Notes under the pieces: generated by a model | Told to the model about the DNA's origin: nothing | The model's input: only the letters and a program-made list of their open reading frames with translations | Databases searched by the model: none | Source of the DNA: a virus | Lineage: Duplodnaviria > Caudoviricetes | Length of the DNA stretch: 56,011 bases | Direction: 5' to 3' (one strand) | IMG/VR virus record: IMGVR_UViG_3300045911_000087 | Location: 1-56,011 of that record | In this document: positions 19,340 to 28,658 of the stretch, piece after piece | Position numbering within the stretch: the stretch's first letter is position 1 | Layout: every line of letters starts with the position of its first letter | Made by a program: the position numbers and the translations under genes

Positions 19340-19752
19340 ATTGAACCTCATCAAGAAGGAAATAGACAAGAGCGAGGAATACGGTGTGCCAATGAAGGAA
19401 ACTCGGTGGTTCGTAGAAACCAACGATGACTTTGATGGCACTGCCAACGGTCACGGCTATAAGACGCCGCAAGCGGTCTACAAGGCGTATTACTACTTTC
19501 TAAACAAAAACAAGTTTGCCAAACAGAAGCAAGATATTAAGCAGTGGTTGGTTGAAGGATAATCCTGACGTAAAGGCAGCGTTGAACAACTACTTCGACG
19601 CAGATTGGGCTATAGATCGTGCCAAAGATGGCGAACCAACTTCCATCGAGAACATGCTAGAACACATGGCAGAAGACCGACCGGAAGTTGCCAAGAAGTT
19701 AAATGATAACAAAAATCTGTGGAAAACGTTGATGAAGTATTACTTGGACTAA
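19317..19752 (+). pseudogene. Hypothetical IS passenger gene frameshifted by a 4-nt duplication
   Basis: GTTG duplicated at 19547-19554; removing one copy fuses the two ORFs (..KQWLKDNPDV..) into 143 aa. Confidence 0.7.
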
Positions 19753-19754
19753 AT

Positions 19755-20999
19755 ATGAAGCATCTGTACTCCTACAAGTTTCGGCTGTCTCCAACACCAC
19801 AGCAAGAAGTGTTGCTCGCCAAGCACTTCGGCTGTGTGCGTTGGATATACAATCATTTTCTTGACAAAAGGATTGAGGAATACAAGACTAACAAGAAGAC
19901 GCTTCGTAGATCAGACAACGAAAAGGAACTACCTGAAATCAAGACGACTTGTATCTGGCTCAAAGAAGTCGGCAGTCAGTCTTTGCAGTATGCGGTTGAA
20001 TGCTTGCAGAATGCGTATAACAACTTCTTCCGCAGAGTGAAAGAAAAGAAAAAAGGCAAGAAGGGCTTTCCTCAGTTTAAGCGAAAGCACGACAAACAGT
20101 CTTTCCGCATTAAACAGAACATCTACTTAGTTAATGGCAAGCTGGTGTTTCCTAAGTTTCTTGAAGGTATACCAATCATTCAGCACCGTGAGGTTGAAGG
20201 CGATATACAGTTTGCAACAATCAGCAAGAACAAAGCAGGACAGTATCATGTATCCATCACGGTTGAACGAGATATACAGCCGCTACCAGTAAGTAATCGA
20301 AGTGTTGGCGTGGACTTGAACGTGACAGCGATGGTAGATAGCAATAGTGTATCACATAAAAATCCACGACCAGCGAAAGAACACCGGCAACGATTGAAGC
20401 TATTGCACCAGAGAGTCACCAGAAGAAAAAAGAACAAAAGTAATGGATTAACGAAAGCAAAGAAAGCGTTAGCAAAGTTGTACCTCAAGGCACATAATAA
20501 GCGTGAAGATTTCCTGCACAAATTGAGTCGTCGGATAGTTGATGAAAACCAAATCATCTGTCTGGAAGACCTTGATGTGGCATCCATGCTTGCAAAGACC
20601 AAACCAGATGACCGAGAAGAACCACGATGGAAGGAGAAGAGAAGACACAGGGACATTCAGGACTGTGGTTTCTATTCTTTTGTCCAGAAATTGAGCTACA
20701 AGGCGGTCTGGCATGGTCGGCAGTTGGTGAAGGTATCACGATGGTTTCCATCGTCGCAACTATGCAGTCATTGTGGTTGGCGATATAAAGATTTGCCGAA
20801 GGATTGCAAGGAGTGGTGTTGTTGGAATTGTTGGGAAACGAACCAGCGTGATTATAACTCAGCCAAGAACATTTTAGTTGAGGGGATGAGAATACTAACC
20901 TCTGGAACAGAGGGGATAGCCGTTTGTCTTGGCGTAAGACCTGCTCAGAGTGGGCTGCTGATTGGAACGGAAGCCCCGCCGTCTTTAGCGGCGGGGTAG
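19755..20999 (+). CDS. tnpB: TnpB RNA-guided nuclease
   Basis: YKFRLSPT, FGCVRWIYN, RuvC GVD / LEDL / RDYNSAKNI, zinc finger. Confidence 0.95.
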   Translation: MKHLYSYKFRLSPTPQQEVLLAKHFGCVRWIYNHFLDKRIEEYKTNKKTLRRSDNEKELPEIKTTCIWLKEVGSQSLQYAVECLQNAYNNFFRRVKEKKKGKKGFPQFKRKHDKQSFRIKQNIYLVNGKLVFPKFLEGIPIIQHREVEGDIQFATISKNKAGQYHVSITVERDIQPLPVSNRSVGVDLNVTAMVDSNSVSHKNPRPAKEHRQRLKLLHQRVTRRKKNKSNGLTKAKKALAKLYLKAHNKREDFLHKLSRRIVDENQIICLEDLDVASMLAKTKPDDREEPRWKEKRRHRDIQDCGFYSFVQKLSYKAVWHGRQLVKVSRWFPSSQLCSHCGWRYKDLPKDCKEWCCWNCWETNQRDYNSAKNILVEGMRILTSGTEGIAVCLGVRPAQSGLLIGTEAPPSLAAG

Positions 21000-21024
21000 T
21001 TCACATTTCTCACACTGGACCGTT
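20898..21024 (+). ncRNA. TnpB omegaRNA scaffold plus flank-derived guide (element 1); boundaries approximate
   Basis: Covarying stems versus element 2: CCTCTG-gaa-CAGAGG vs CCGTAG-gaa-CTACGG; CCGTT..AACGG vs CCGAT..ATCGG. Confidence 0.7.
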
Positions 21025-21164
21025 CGAGAATTCGGCACCGCTGATGGGCCGTATTTGGTGGGCATACAGGCAAAAATCATATTGCCTGCGTCTGCTTCTT
21101 TGTTGATTTCCTCTTGAGAGGCGACCTTTATATCGACGCCACCGATGTTGATTGTTTCGTCCAT
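21005..21164 (-). pseudogene. 5' part of a small Cys-containing gene interrupted by IS element 1
   Basis: MDETINIGG...VQCEK runs into the IS right end; its start overlaps the upstream stop (TAATG). Confidence 0.55.
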
Positions 21165-22309
21165 TAAATCCTCCAAAGGAATTTCTTCCCGGCCTCAGTA
21201 GAGAGATATTTCGGGTCAGGAGTGATGCCTACTCGTGGCAAGTCCAGACGGTCAGCATCCCAACATACACCAATCGTCGGGTCGTTGCTAGTCTGGCCAT
21301 CGTTGTGGTACTTGCAAGCCTCTACCAATTTGTTTAATTGATCCCGATTGATCTTGAGTCGCCCTTCCTCGAATAGTTCTTCTGCCCATTTAGCAGAGCG
21401 ATGCCCGTGTTCGGGGTCTTCATCTTCGTTTTGCCGCTTGCTATCGTGGACCAGAGCAAACAGTTGGGCCACGGTCTTGTCGGCCCCCGGTGTGTTGTTC
21501 GCCAAGAACACTGCATTCTTTTCTACCTTCTCCCAATGCCAAAGTCCATGAAAACTTCCCGCCCGAACCAAAGAAAATCGGGACCACGCCTCTTTCAACA
21601 CCGATTCCATCCAACCGGGTCGCTTTGCAACCTTCTGGCAGGGTTCGATTTTGAGACGGCTGGGCAGGGTGACGATTTCGTACTCCCCTCGCCCAAGAAG
21701 GACGCCGATAATGTCCTTTTTGTTGACAATGGCTTGTACGACGCCGTTCTTTTTGTGATCGAATCGTTGAGCGAACCAACGGGCACGCCAATAACTGAGC
21801 GTCCAGCTATACCCGCTTCGATTGATTCCCTGATGGCCTCGATAAATGATGAATTCTTCCGGCAAGCCCTCAAGGAACTTCCGTTCTTCATCATTCATAA
21901 AGTGTTCTTTATCGCCACGGCTGCTCAATAGAAGCATGGCGACGATATGCTTGTATTGCCAGATATTTTCGCTATCTGACCAGATGCTTCCCAAATTGTC
22001 CCAATAATCCTTGTCGGACATTAGGTTTTCAATTTCGACAAACTTCTGGAAGCGATAGGGACGTTCGTGGATGTAGAGATAACTACTCCATTTCTGCTCT
22101 TCCATCGCTTTGGCAGCATATTCTTTCTTGGCTTTTAGTTGAGCGTTATACATGGCATTCATTGCTTCCATGTATGGGACGCCGAATACAAGTGGGTGCT
22201 TGAGAGTAGGCCAACCAAGCGCACCCCGACCCTTCTCAAGCCAAGGCTTGAGTTCCGGGTCAAGGGCTTCTTGACGTTTCAGGACTTCTTCAAAAGATTC
22301 GATATTCAT
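21164..22309 (-). CDS. ADP-ribosyltransferase-like domain fused to an HD phosphohydrolase
   Basis: YRG...SWT...EYE (R-S-ExE); C-terminal HG..HW, VHD, EHG, YH, CWDADRLD. Confidence 0.65.
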   Translation of the reverse strand: MNIESFEEVLKRQEALDPELKPWLEKGRGALGWPTLKHPLVFGVPYMEAMNAMYNAQLKAKKEYAAKAMEEQKWSSYLYIHERPYRFQKFVEIENLMSDKDYWDNLGSIWSDSENIWQYKHIVAMLLLSSRGDKEHFMNDEERKFLEGLPEEFIIYRGHQGINRSGYSWTLSYWRARWFAQRFDHKKNGVVQAIVNKKDIIGVLLGRGEYEIVTLPSRLKIEPCQKVAKRPGWMESVLKEAWSRFSLVRAGSFHGLWHWEKVEKNAVFLANNTPGADKTVAQLFALVHDSKRQNEDEDPEHGHRSAKWAEELFEEGRLKINRDQLNKLVEACKYHNDGQTSNDPTIGVCWDADRLDLPRVGITPDPKYLSTEAGKKFLWRI

Positions 22310-23645
22310 TGGAATGAAGGATATTCTCGTAGGAATCAGGAGGGCAAATGAGAATGAAATTCTCTTCGGCCTCTGTGACCGCCTCGATTTGTTGGATTGT
22401 ATTGAGAACTTTTACTTTCTGCACAATTCCTACCGTACCGGCTGGTACTTCGTCAGCGTTGATAACTTTGATTTTCGTGCCGACCCTCGGTCCAATATTT
22501 TGTGGTTTTCTTGCTGCATGGGCAGTATAAGTGACGCTCGTATTTTTTACGTCACCGAAGAATGCGCCAGCACGAACCATTACGGGTTTGCGGAAAATGA
22601 TCTTTCGCTCCCGAAGGCCCGGTCCATAGGGCTGGTTGGCAAAATGCCCCCGCCGCCAGTGGGAACGTGGCGATTTCTTGAGCAAATCCATTTCTACAGC
22701 TTCGCCTTCGGGTACATTCTCCACGACTTCATCATAAAACTCGACCTTTTGATCGAATTTCAAAAGATTGACAGAGGCGGCAAGGTTTGCTTGTGCTTCC
22801 ATCGCCCGCCGTGTTGGAATATTGCCACGACGCTTAGCCCGTGCTTCCTGTTGCCATTGTTTATACTTTTGTGGATCGAGTGGCCCATAATCCTTGACGG
22901 AATACAGGCTCATCATCATGGCGAAATTCACACCAAGCCTCTGTACGTTTTCAGCAGCATTGCATTCGGCATCAGCCAAATTCACTAACCCCTCGTTGCG
23001 ATTGGGCCGGTTGCCGATGATGGCATCTTCAATAGTTTTAAATTCTTCTCGCCGGGGTGTGACGTGAGTAATCACGTTACTTCGGTTGAAGAAGGCACTG
23101 ACGTTGATGAATTTCTTTTGATCGTCATGATGTACCAAAACAAATTTTGGTGTATCAGGAATGTTGTATTCCTGTTTGAGAGTGTTCCCGTATTCTGGTG
23201 GGATTTCCAGAATAATGACGGGATATGGTTGCTTGTAATCATCAAATGAATACGAAGCAGACGAATGCTGCAATGCCTCACATTGCTCTGGAAGCGGGCG
23301 AAATAGCTTCGGCCCACCAGCCAAAGATTTGCTGAGGGTGTAATACCAAAAAGTCCCGATAGGGTCTATTTGGAGTACATCGAGAATTTTGTTAAATTGC
23401 CGCCAGAATTCAGGGGGATGGCTTTTGAATTCTTTCTCCCCCACGACAATGACGGGTTCATCGGGGTGCTTGGCCTTATATGCATCGGCTTCGCCGTGCT
23501 TTGGGACAAGCATGAATTTAACAGGCCGTACTGAAATGGCCCGGCGTTCCGAGAGTGCTTTGTAAACAATCCACTCTTTTCTGCCGAGCCATGTCAGTAC
23601 GGGAATATTCTCTTTGTGATCCAAGAACGTGAAGTCCATGACCAC
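22290..23645 (-). CDS. Hypothetical phage protein (PxxHWRRGH motif)
   Basis: 451-aa ORF in operon; SPRSHWRRGHF near the C-terminus. Confidence 0.65.
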   Translation of the reverse strand: MVMDFTFLDHKENIPVLTWLGRKEWIVYKALSERRAISVRPVKFMLVPKHGEADAYKAKHPDEPVIVVGEKEFKSHPPEFWRQFNKILDVLQIDPIGTFWYYTLSKSLAGGPKLFRPLPEQCEALQHSSASYSFDDYKQPYPVIILEIPPEYGNTLKQEYNIPDTPKFVLVHHDDQKKFINVSAFFNRSNVITHVTPRREEFKTIEDAIIGNRPNRNEGLVNLADAECNAAENVQRLGVNFAMMMSLYSVKDYGPLDPQKYKQWQQEARAKRRGNIPTRRAMEAQANLAASVNLLKFDQKVEFYDEVVENVPEGEAVEMDLLKKSPRSHWRRGHFANQPYGPGLRERKIIFRKPVMVRAGAFFGDVKNTSVTYTAHAARKPQNIGPRVGTKIKVINADEVPAGTVGIVQKVKVLNTIQQIEAVTEAEENFILICPPDSYENILHSNEYRIF

Positions 23646-23653
23646 TCCCGTAT

Positions 23654-25051
23654 TTATTCGTAATCTTCAAGGCGGAAGAAATTGCAATCTTTGTCGATAT
23701 AGTTTTTGGTTCCGCCCTGAGTAATAAACCAATACCATTTCGACGGGTCTTGCGGACGAATCGAATCACCGTATCCGTCAGTAATCACAAATACCGCTTC
23801 GGGATATTTGCAGTTTTCCTGATTCATGACGGCCTGAACATGCTTCTCCAAGATGGAAAAGCTAGTGCCACCACCACCATAAATTTTCTTGGACGCCAAG
23901 GTGGTTTCCTTGACGACCGTATCGAAGCAGAACAGGCGAACATCGAATCGTTCCGTGGGAAGACTCTCGGCGGCGGTGAAAAACCGATCCTTGAGTCCCC
24001 AACATGAACCCGAAGTATCAAGGAAGAAAAACACCTTGATCTTTTTCTTTTCATTTTCATGTTCTTCGACTTCCATATCGGAAGGTAAGAACATATCACG
24101 AGGCAGGAACGTCAACCGGCGCTGGACTCGTGCCCATTGCTCAATATCCTTGTCTTTTTCAACAAGATATTTGCTCGCCCATTTCTTGATGACGGTTTCC
24201 CACTTCTTTTTCTTTACGACCTTGCCGATTTTGGCAAAGACCCACTGACCACCAGTGCCGGTTCCGGCCTGCTGGTTTTTTGCATCCTTGGGCGGATTCT
24301 GAAAATGCTTGTCCACCATCGACTTGAGGGGTTTCTTTTCATCCTCAGTCAATTCCTTGGACAAATTGTCAATGACTTTGCCCCAAGCGTCGGACTGTTC
24401 CTCGCCCATCATCGAGTGATCGTCAAGCGAACCACCCGGTTGACCGGGGCCAGCTTCCCCGTCACCGGGTCCACCATCGCCGTACATCTTCTCGAATAGG
24501 TTGTAGTAATGCTCGAACATTTCGTCGTCTTTGGGCATGGGTTTCTTGTCCTTAAAGACAGTATCCACCCAGCAAAGACCGCCGTTAGCCTCTTGTTCCG
24601 GTCCCCACGGCTTGCCCTCGTCAATAGCCATTTGTTTGAAAATGGGCTTGATAACATCGTCAATTTTCTTCCGGTCGAAGCCAAAGCCCCGCACCAGATT
24701 ATGATTGACAACAATATCCAAAGCAGAATTGGCTGCACGCCGATTGATACCGGCATCACGAATACGGATGCCGTGATTCAAAATAACGTGCAGTGCTTCG
24801 TGGCAAATTACGAATAACTTGCCATTAAAGTCCAAACGCTGCCAGAATGTCGGATTGAAGTGGAAGTAAACAAATTCCCCCACTTCATCAAACTGTACAG
24901 CAGCGGTGGGCAAATCCTCGTTGAATACGGGCTTGCCCATCTGCCATAGCTTGTAGAAGACTGCGTGGTGCCCTTCAAGGGCCATCGAAATCTCCAACCA
25001 TTCATCGTTGGTGATTCGAGGCAGGGCCATAGTTTTCATGAAGTCGGCCAT
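23654..25051 (-). CDS. vWA-domain protein with N-terminal HExxH metallopeptidase (DUF2201-like)
   Basis: CHEALH; DTSGS MIDAS; GGGTSF; ITDGYG. Confidence 0.85.
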   Translation of the reverse strand: MADFMKTMALPRITNDEWLEISMALEGHHAVFYKLWQMGKPVFNEDLPTAAVQFDEVGEFVYFHFNPTFWQRLDFNGKLFVICHEALHVILNHGIRIRDAGINRRAANSALDIVVNHNLVRGFGFDRKKIDDVIKPIFKQMAIDEGKPWGPEQEANGGLCWVDTVFKDKKPMPKDDEMFEHYYNLFEKMYGDGGPGDGEAGPGQPGGSLDDHSMMGEEQSDAWGKVIDNLSKELTEDEKKPLKSMVDKHFQNPPKDAKNQQAGTGTGGQWVFAKIGKVVKKKKWETVIKKWASKYLVEKDKDIEQWARVQRRLTFLPRDMFLPSDMEVEEHENEKKKIKVFFFLDTSGSCWGLKDRFFTAAESLPTERFDVRLFCFDTVVKETTLASKKIYGGGGTSFSILEKHVQAVMNQENCKYPEAVFVITDGYGDSIRPQDPSKWYWFITQGGTKNYIDKDCNFFRLEDYE

Positions 25052-25058
25052 TGTTTCC

Positions 25059-26651
25059 TCACTTGGGTTGCACGAGTTTGTGGCTCAAGCCAGCCTCATT
25101 CAGCTTAGTCATAAGGGCCACAAATCGCCCACCGTGCCGACTCAGAATCATCGACCAGTTGTGGCCGGTGTTCCGATGGATTTCCTTGATGCAGTGGTTG
25201 ACCACGCCCGGCAGCTTGGCAAACGGCGGGCTTGTCAACGATGCGGGCCACATCTTGCCCACCGATGCACTAAGCACTTCCAGAGCATTCAATGCTTGGT
25301 CTGCCGTCATGTCTTTCGGAAGGCTCTTCTCGATCTTCTCATACGCCGACTGTTGCAGTTGCGGAGTATTGGCATCCAATCGGCGTAGTTGCGTCAGGAT
25401 GCCGGTGAATGCCGCTGCGGACTCGCCAGTGTAGTGTGCTTCTGCTACTTCACTGTCGCCGCCGCTGCTTTTGGTGGCGAAGGCACGAGCCAACTCTTGG
25501 TTCTGTTGAAGAACTTTGCGAATTTCTCGTCCCGTTTTCTGGTCGGTGCCAGCCTTGAGAATTTCGTCACAAACATTCATGAATACCGGAATTTTGTCCG
25601 AATTCGTGATGATATGCTTGCGAATTTTGGCATTATCCGCCATCGAGGAAGCAATCTTTTCCTTCGAGATAAGCGGCAGGAAGAAATTCATCAGAGTATC
25701 CGACTCTGGAATGAACTTCATCGCTGCGGCGAAGTTATTCTCGTTGGAAAGGAATGTCCGTGCCCCGGCAACGTCGTTGGCTTCCATCAATTCCGAAAGC
25801 CGGTCGGAAGTCGGCCCGGTATTGAGGGCGTTCGCCAACTTGCTGACGCCAGCCTCATGCGGAATAACATCCCGAATATCTCCGTGTAATTGGAACATAT
25901 TCAGGGCGTATTCGAGACGCCGGGGCGAGACGACATTCTGCATTTCGGGGGTCAATTCCTTCCACCAACCGATGGCGGAATCGGCCAAGCGACGACCAAA
26001 TTTCTGCCGGAACCACTCGGTATTCGGCAAATAAGGGATGGTCGTAATAACGTGGTAGCGGTCCTGCTGAGCAGGGTCCAACTTTTCCACGTCGTAGGTT
26101 TCATCTTCGTCGTCGTCGGGGTTGATCGCCGCCCAAACGATCTTGAGATTCGGGAATTTCTCGCCGTTGATGGATTTGAATTGCAGCAATTCCATCACGG
26201 CATTGCGAACCTTCTTCGGGCTACGGTTGAATTCGTCAAAGAATAACGCTTCGACTTCGCCAGTGGCAAAGGTGCGAGGACGAACCAACTCAAGATAGTT
26301 GAATTGACGACGGTTTTCGACGCTCTGCACTACCTTTTGAGCAGATTCGCCTTTCAGGTGCCAATTCTTTTCGATCCATTCCAAAGCAAGGGATTGGTCG
26401 ATGTTGATAAGTTCACGAATAACTTCAAACTGGTCGGAGCCGAATTTGCCTTCGGACTTTTCCTTGGGGACACCAACGAAGTCAACCCAAGGGTCCATTG
26501 TGGACGCCGAGAAATACCGCCAGTTTAAGTTGTGTTCATCGAAGGCTTGCTTGACCATAGCGGTCTTGCCGACGCCGTGCTTGCCGATAAACAACACGTT
26601 GAGGTTGTTCTTGATCCAAAAACCCAGCTTATTCTGAATGTTGACGGCCAT
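25059..26651 (-). CDS. MoxR-like AAA+ ATPase
   Basis: GKHGVGKT, FFDEFNRS, AAINP, LDPAQQDR; adjacent to the vWA gene. Confidence 0.85.
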   Translation of the reverse strand: MAVNIQNKLGFWIKNNLNVLFIGKHGVGKTAMVKQAFDEHNLNWRYFSASTMDPWVDFVGVPKEKSEGKFGSDQFEVIRELINIDQSLALEWIEKNWHLKGESAQKVVQSVENRRQFNYLELVRPRTFATGEVEALFFDEFNRSPKKVRNAVMELLQFKSINGEKFPNLKIVWAAINPDDDEDETYDVEKLDPAQQDRYHVITTIPYLPNTEWFRQKFGRRLADSAIGWWKELTPEMQNVVSPRRLEYALNMFQLHGDIRDVIPHEAGVSKLANALNTGPTSDRLSELMEANDVAGARTFLSNENNFAAAMKFIPESDTLMNFFLPLISKEKIASSMADNAKIRKHIITNSDKIPVFMNVCDEILKAGTDQKTGREIRKVLQQNQELARAFATKSSGGDSEVAEAHYTGESAAAFTGILTQLRRLDANTPQLQQSAYEKIEKSLPKDMTADQALNALEVLSASVGKMWPASLTSPPFAKLPGVVNHCIKEIHRNTGHNWSMILSRHGGRFVALMTKLNEAGLSHKLVQPK

Positions 26652-26693
26652 CAGTCCGCTCCGAATTGCGATGAGGGAGTTAGTCTGCTGCGA

Positions 26694-26722
26694 TTATACC
26701 ACAGTTTTGTTATGTGGTAAAG
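26694..26722 (-). promoter_or_regulatory. Sigma70-like early promoter
   Basis: TTTACC-17 nt-TATAAT with TGTGG extended -10; near-copy at 28115-28142. Confidence 0.65.
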
Positions 26723-26773
26723 CAGTTTTGCTTGCTACGCTACATATACGGAAAAGTTCTTCGCACTCCCAGA

Positions 26774-26811
26774 TAAAAAAATAGCCCGGTGAATATTCAC
26801 CGGGCTATTTT
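26774..26811 (-). terminator. Intrinsic terminator built on a 34-bp perfect palindrome
   Basis: AAAATAGCCCGGTGAAT|ATTCACCGGGCTATTTT with a T-run on the minus strand. Confidence 0.75.
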
Positions 26812-26827
26812 CGCCGGATATTCGGGA

Positions 26828-28063
26828 CTACGACTTCTTCGGCATTTCCCAGCCGGGCAACCACTGGAAAATATCCTCGTCCCGTTCATAGAGTTTGTCG
26901 ATCTTTTTGTCCGTCATGAGGGCGTTGATGGCCCCCAAGGTTTTACGGTACGACAATCCCTGTGCGTTAATGCGTTGGGCACGCATTCGCTGCAAACTCA
27001 CGAACAGGGCACGGGCCGGATCGCCGTCATCGCTGAACTTGATTTCACGGAGCCGTTCACAGAACGGTTCGATCTTCTCGGCACCGTACCACATATACGC
27101 CTTGGCGACAGCGGCTTGCACTTCCGCCCGGCCTTGTGGCAGATGAGTGTGAATCCAGTCGATGACGTGTTCCCACTTGTGGGCGAATGCCGCCACTTCG
27201 GATTCGGTGTATCGAACCTGCTTGCTGCTCAATCCCTTCATCAGCGCCCGACAGAAACCGGCAATGCGATTGCTTGCCAATTTCGAGTCCACAATCAGCT
27301 TCAAACGGTCGCTGAGTGGACGGACACGCCCGGAGTCGATGACGAATCGTGCCGTAGTCAGCACGTTAAAGGTGAAGTAAAGCGGGATTTCGATCTGCCC
27401 GCCTTCTTCCCAGATTTCTTTGATTGCCGTCAGCCGGTGACGACCGTTGTAGACCTTGTTCTGGTAGTCCACACCGATTGCTTCGTCGGTGGGAATCCAC
27501 GAACCATTGAGCATGTCCCGTTTGTACTTCTCAACAGTTGAACGGTCAAGACGACGATTGCCTTCGTCTTCCAGCCAAATGTTGTCGAGACAGGTCTTTG
27601 CCATTGGCCCCGTCAGCATAATGTACTCGCTATACTGATTCTGGTTGCGGGGGAAAGCGAACCACGGCTTGTCTTTGCCGTTGCAGGCAAACAGGTAGTA
27701 TTCCTGATTCGTCTTGGCCTGCTTGCAGATTTCCTTGTGACGACGCTGCTCTTCCGATACAATCTCGTCGGTGATCTTGCCAACAGGACTGGTCGGAGCG
27801 GGCTTGTGCTGTGGCTGTTGCTGATTTGCAACACCCGGCAATGGCTTATCAGGAGAGACAGGCTGAACCTGCGGTTTCTCTTCGTGCAAGAAGCGATGCT
27901 TCTGCAAGACCATATCCGCAACACTGGTGCGGCCAACGCCGCCAAAGAGGGGTTGATTCACTGGACCTAGACCTCCTGCGAGTTGTGACTTGCGCATCTG
28001 TTCGGCTTGCTGTTCCTTCGCACGCTTCTCGTTCTGACGCCGGATACGTCGCTTAGAACCCAT
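26828..28063 (-). CDS. ParB-like N-terminal-domain protein
   Basis: GNRRL...VEKYKRDM..GSW...EAI..D...NGRHRLTA. Confidence 0.65.
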   Translation of the reverse strand: MGSKRRIRRQNEKRAKEQQAEQMRKSQLAGGLGPVNQPLFGGVGRTSVADMVLQKHRFLHEEKPQVQPVSPDKPLPGVANQQQPQHKPAPTSPVGKITDEIVSEEQRRHKEICKQAKTNQEYYLFACNGKDKPWFAFPRNQNQYSEYIMLTGPMAKTCLDNIWLEDEGNRRLDRSTVEKYKRDMLNGSWIPTDEAIGVDYQNKVYNGRHRLTAIKEIWEEGGQIEIPLYFTFNVLTTARFVIDSGRVRPLSDRLKLIVDSKLASNRIAGFCRALMKGLSSKQVRYTESEVAAFAHKWEHVIDWIHTHLPQGRAEVQAAVAKAYMWYGAEKIEPFCERLREIKFSDDGDPARALFVSLQRMRAQRINAQGLSYRKTLGAINALMTDKKIDKLYERDEDIFQWLPGWEMPKKS

Positions 28064-28114
28064 AAATGCCTCGTCGTTTAGAACTGATGGGACACCGAAT
28101 CGACAACGAAGTGC

Positions 28115-28142
28115 ATTCTACCACAGATTTGTCGGTTGTAAA
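28115..28142 (-). promoter_or_regulatory. Sigma70-like early promoter
   Basis: TTTACA-16 nt-TAGAAT; shares GCTTTAC...ACAAAnCTGTGGTAnAAT with the 26.7-kb promoter. Confidence 0.6.
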
Positions 28143-28162
28143 GCTGCGGGAATCCCAGCAAC

Positions 28163-28202
28163 AAAAAAACCGCAAGTCTTAGAAAACTAAGGACTTGCGG
28201 TT
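28163..28202 (-). terminator. Intrinsic terminator ending the tail-gene transcript
   Basis: AACCGCAAGTC...GACTTGCGGTT stem with an A-run on the + strand. Confidence 0.7.
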
Positions 28203-28242
28203 CAAACCCAAACCGGGTTTTCGCTCATGAAAAGACAGAAAA

Positions 28243-28650
28243 TCAGTTTTTGTCGGTTCGCTTGTAGTTCGAGAAGTTGAAAGTTAGAGCGTGCGTGACG
28301 ATCTTGCTGCCCGTGCTGTAGTCGTACTTGACGGAATGATCTGTGACGGTGACGCCTTCAAAAATTTGGGTGTACAACTTTGTTCCTGCGGCGCTGAGGG
28401 CCACCAAAGTCCAGCGGTCTTTTGATCCTTCTCGAATGATCTTCTCGATCCAATCGAAGGTCTTGGCATCGACCACTTCGTATACGTTTACTTTTAATTC
28501 CTTTTTGATGTAATTTATTTCTGTGTCTTTGATTAACCATTCAAGGTCTTTGAATAGTTCAGAATAAACTTTGAATCTAAAAGCAAATGGCAATTTGTCT
28601 GCGGCCAAATATGGGTTATCTTTTCCAGACATATCTACTTTATCGGTCAT
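28243..28650 (-). CDS. Divergent tail-tube-fold protein
   Basis: FRFKV, FDWI, YDYSTGSKIVTHALTFNF echo the LDYSSSEEVTIELTLRY end of the tube genes. Confidence 0.45.
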   Translation of the reverse strand: MTDKVDMSGKDNPYLAADKLPFAFRFKVYSELFKDLEWLIKDTEINYIKKELKVNVYEVVDAKTFDWIEKIIREGSKDRWTLVALSAAGTKLYTQIFEGVTVTDHSVKYDYSTGSKIVTHALTFNFSNYKRTDKN

Positions 28651-28658
28651 CTATCTCC

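Larger units (their letters stand above)
18471..21004 (+). mobile_element. IS200/IS605-family element 1 (dead tnpA, two passenger ORFs, tnpB)
   Basis: Follows TTTAC; left-end hairpin with guide AAAG; right-end hairpin GAAGCCCCGCCGTCTTTAGCGGCGGGG ending TTCAC; ends homologous to element 2. Confidence 0.9.

Noticed and set aside
22314-27541. Long + strand ORFs (e.g. 22314-22988, 26789-27541)
   Set aside because: They are antisense shadows of motif-bearing minus-strand genes in a GC-richer region.
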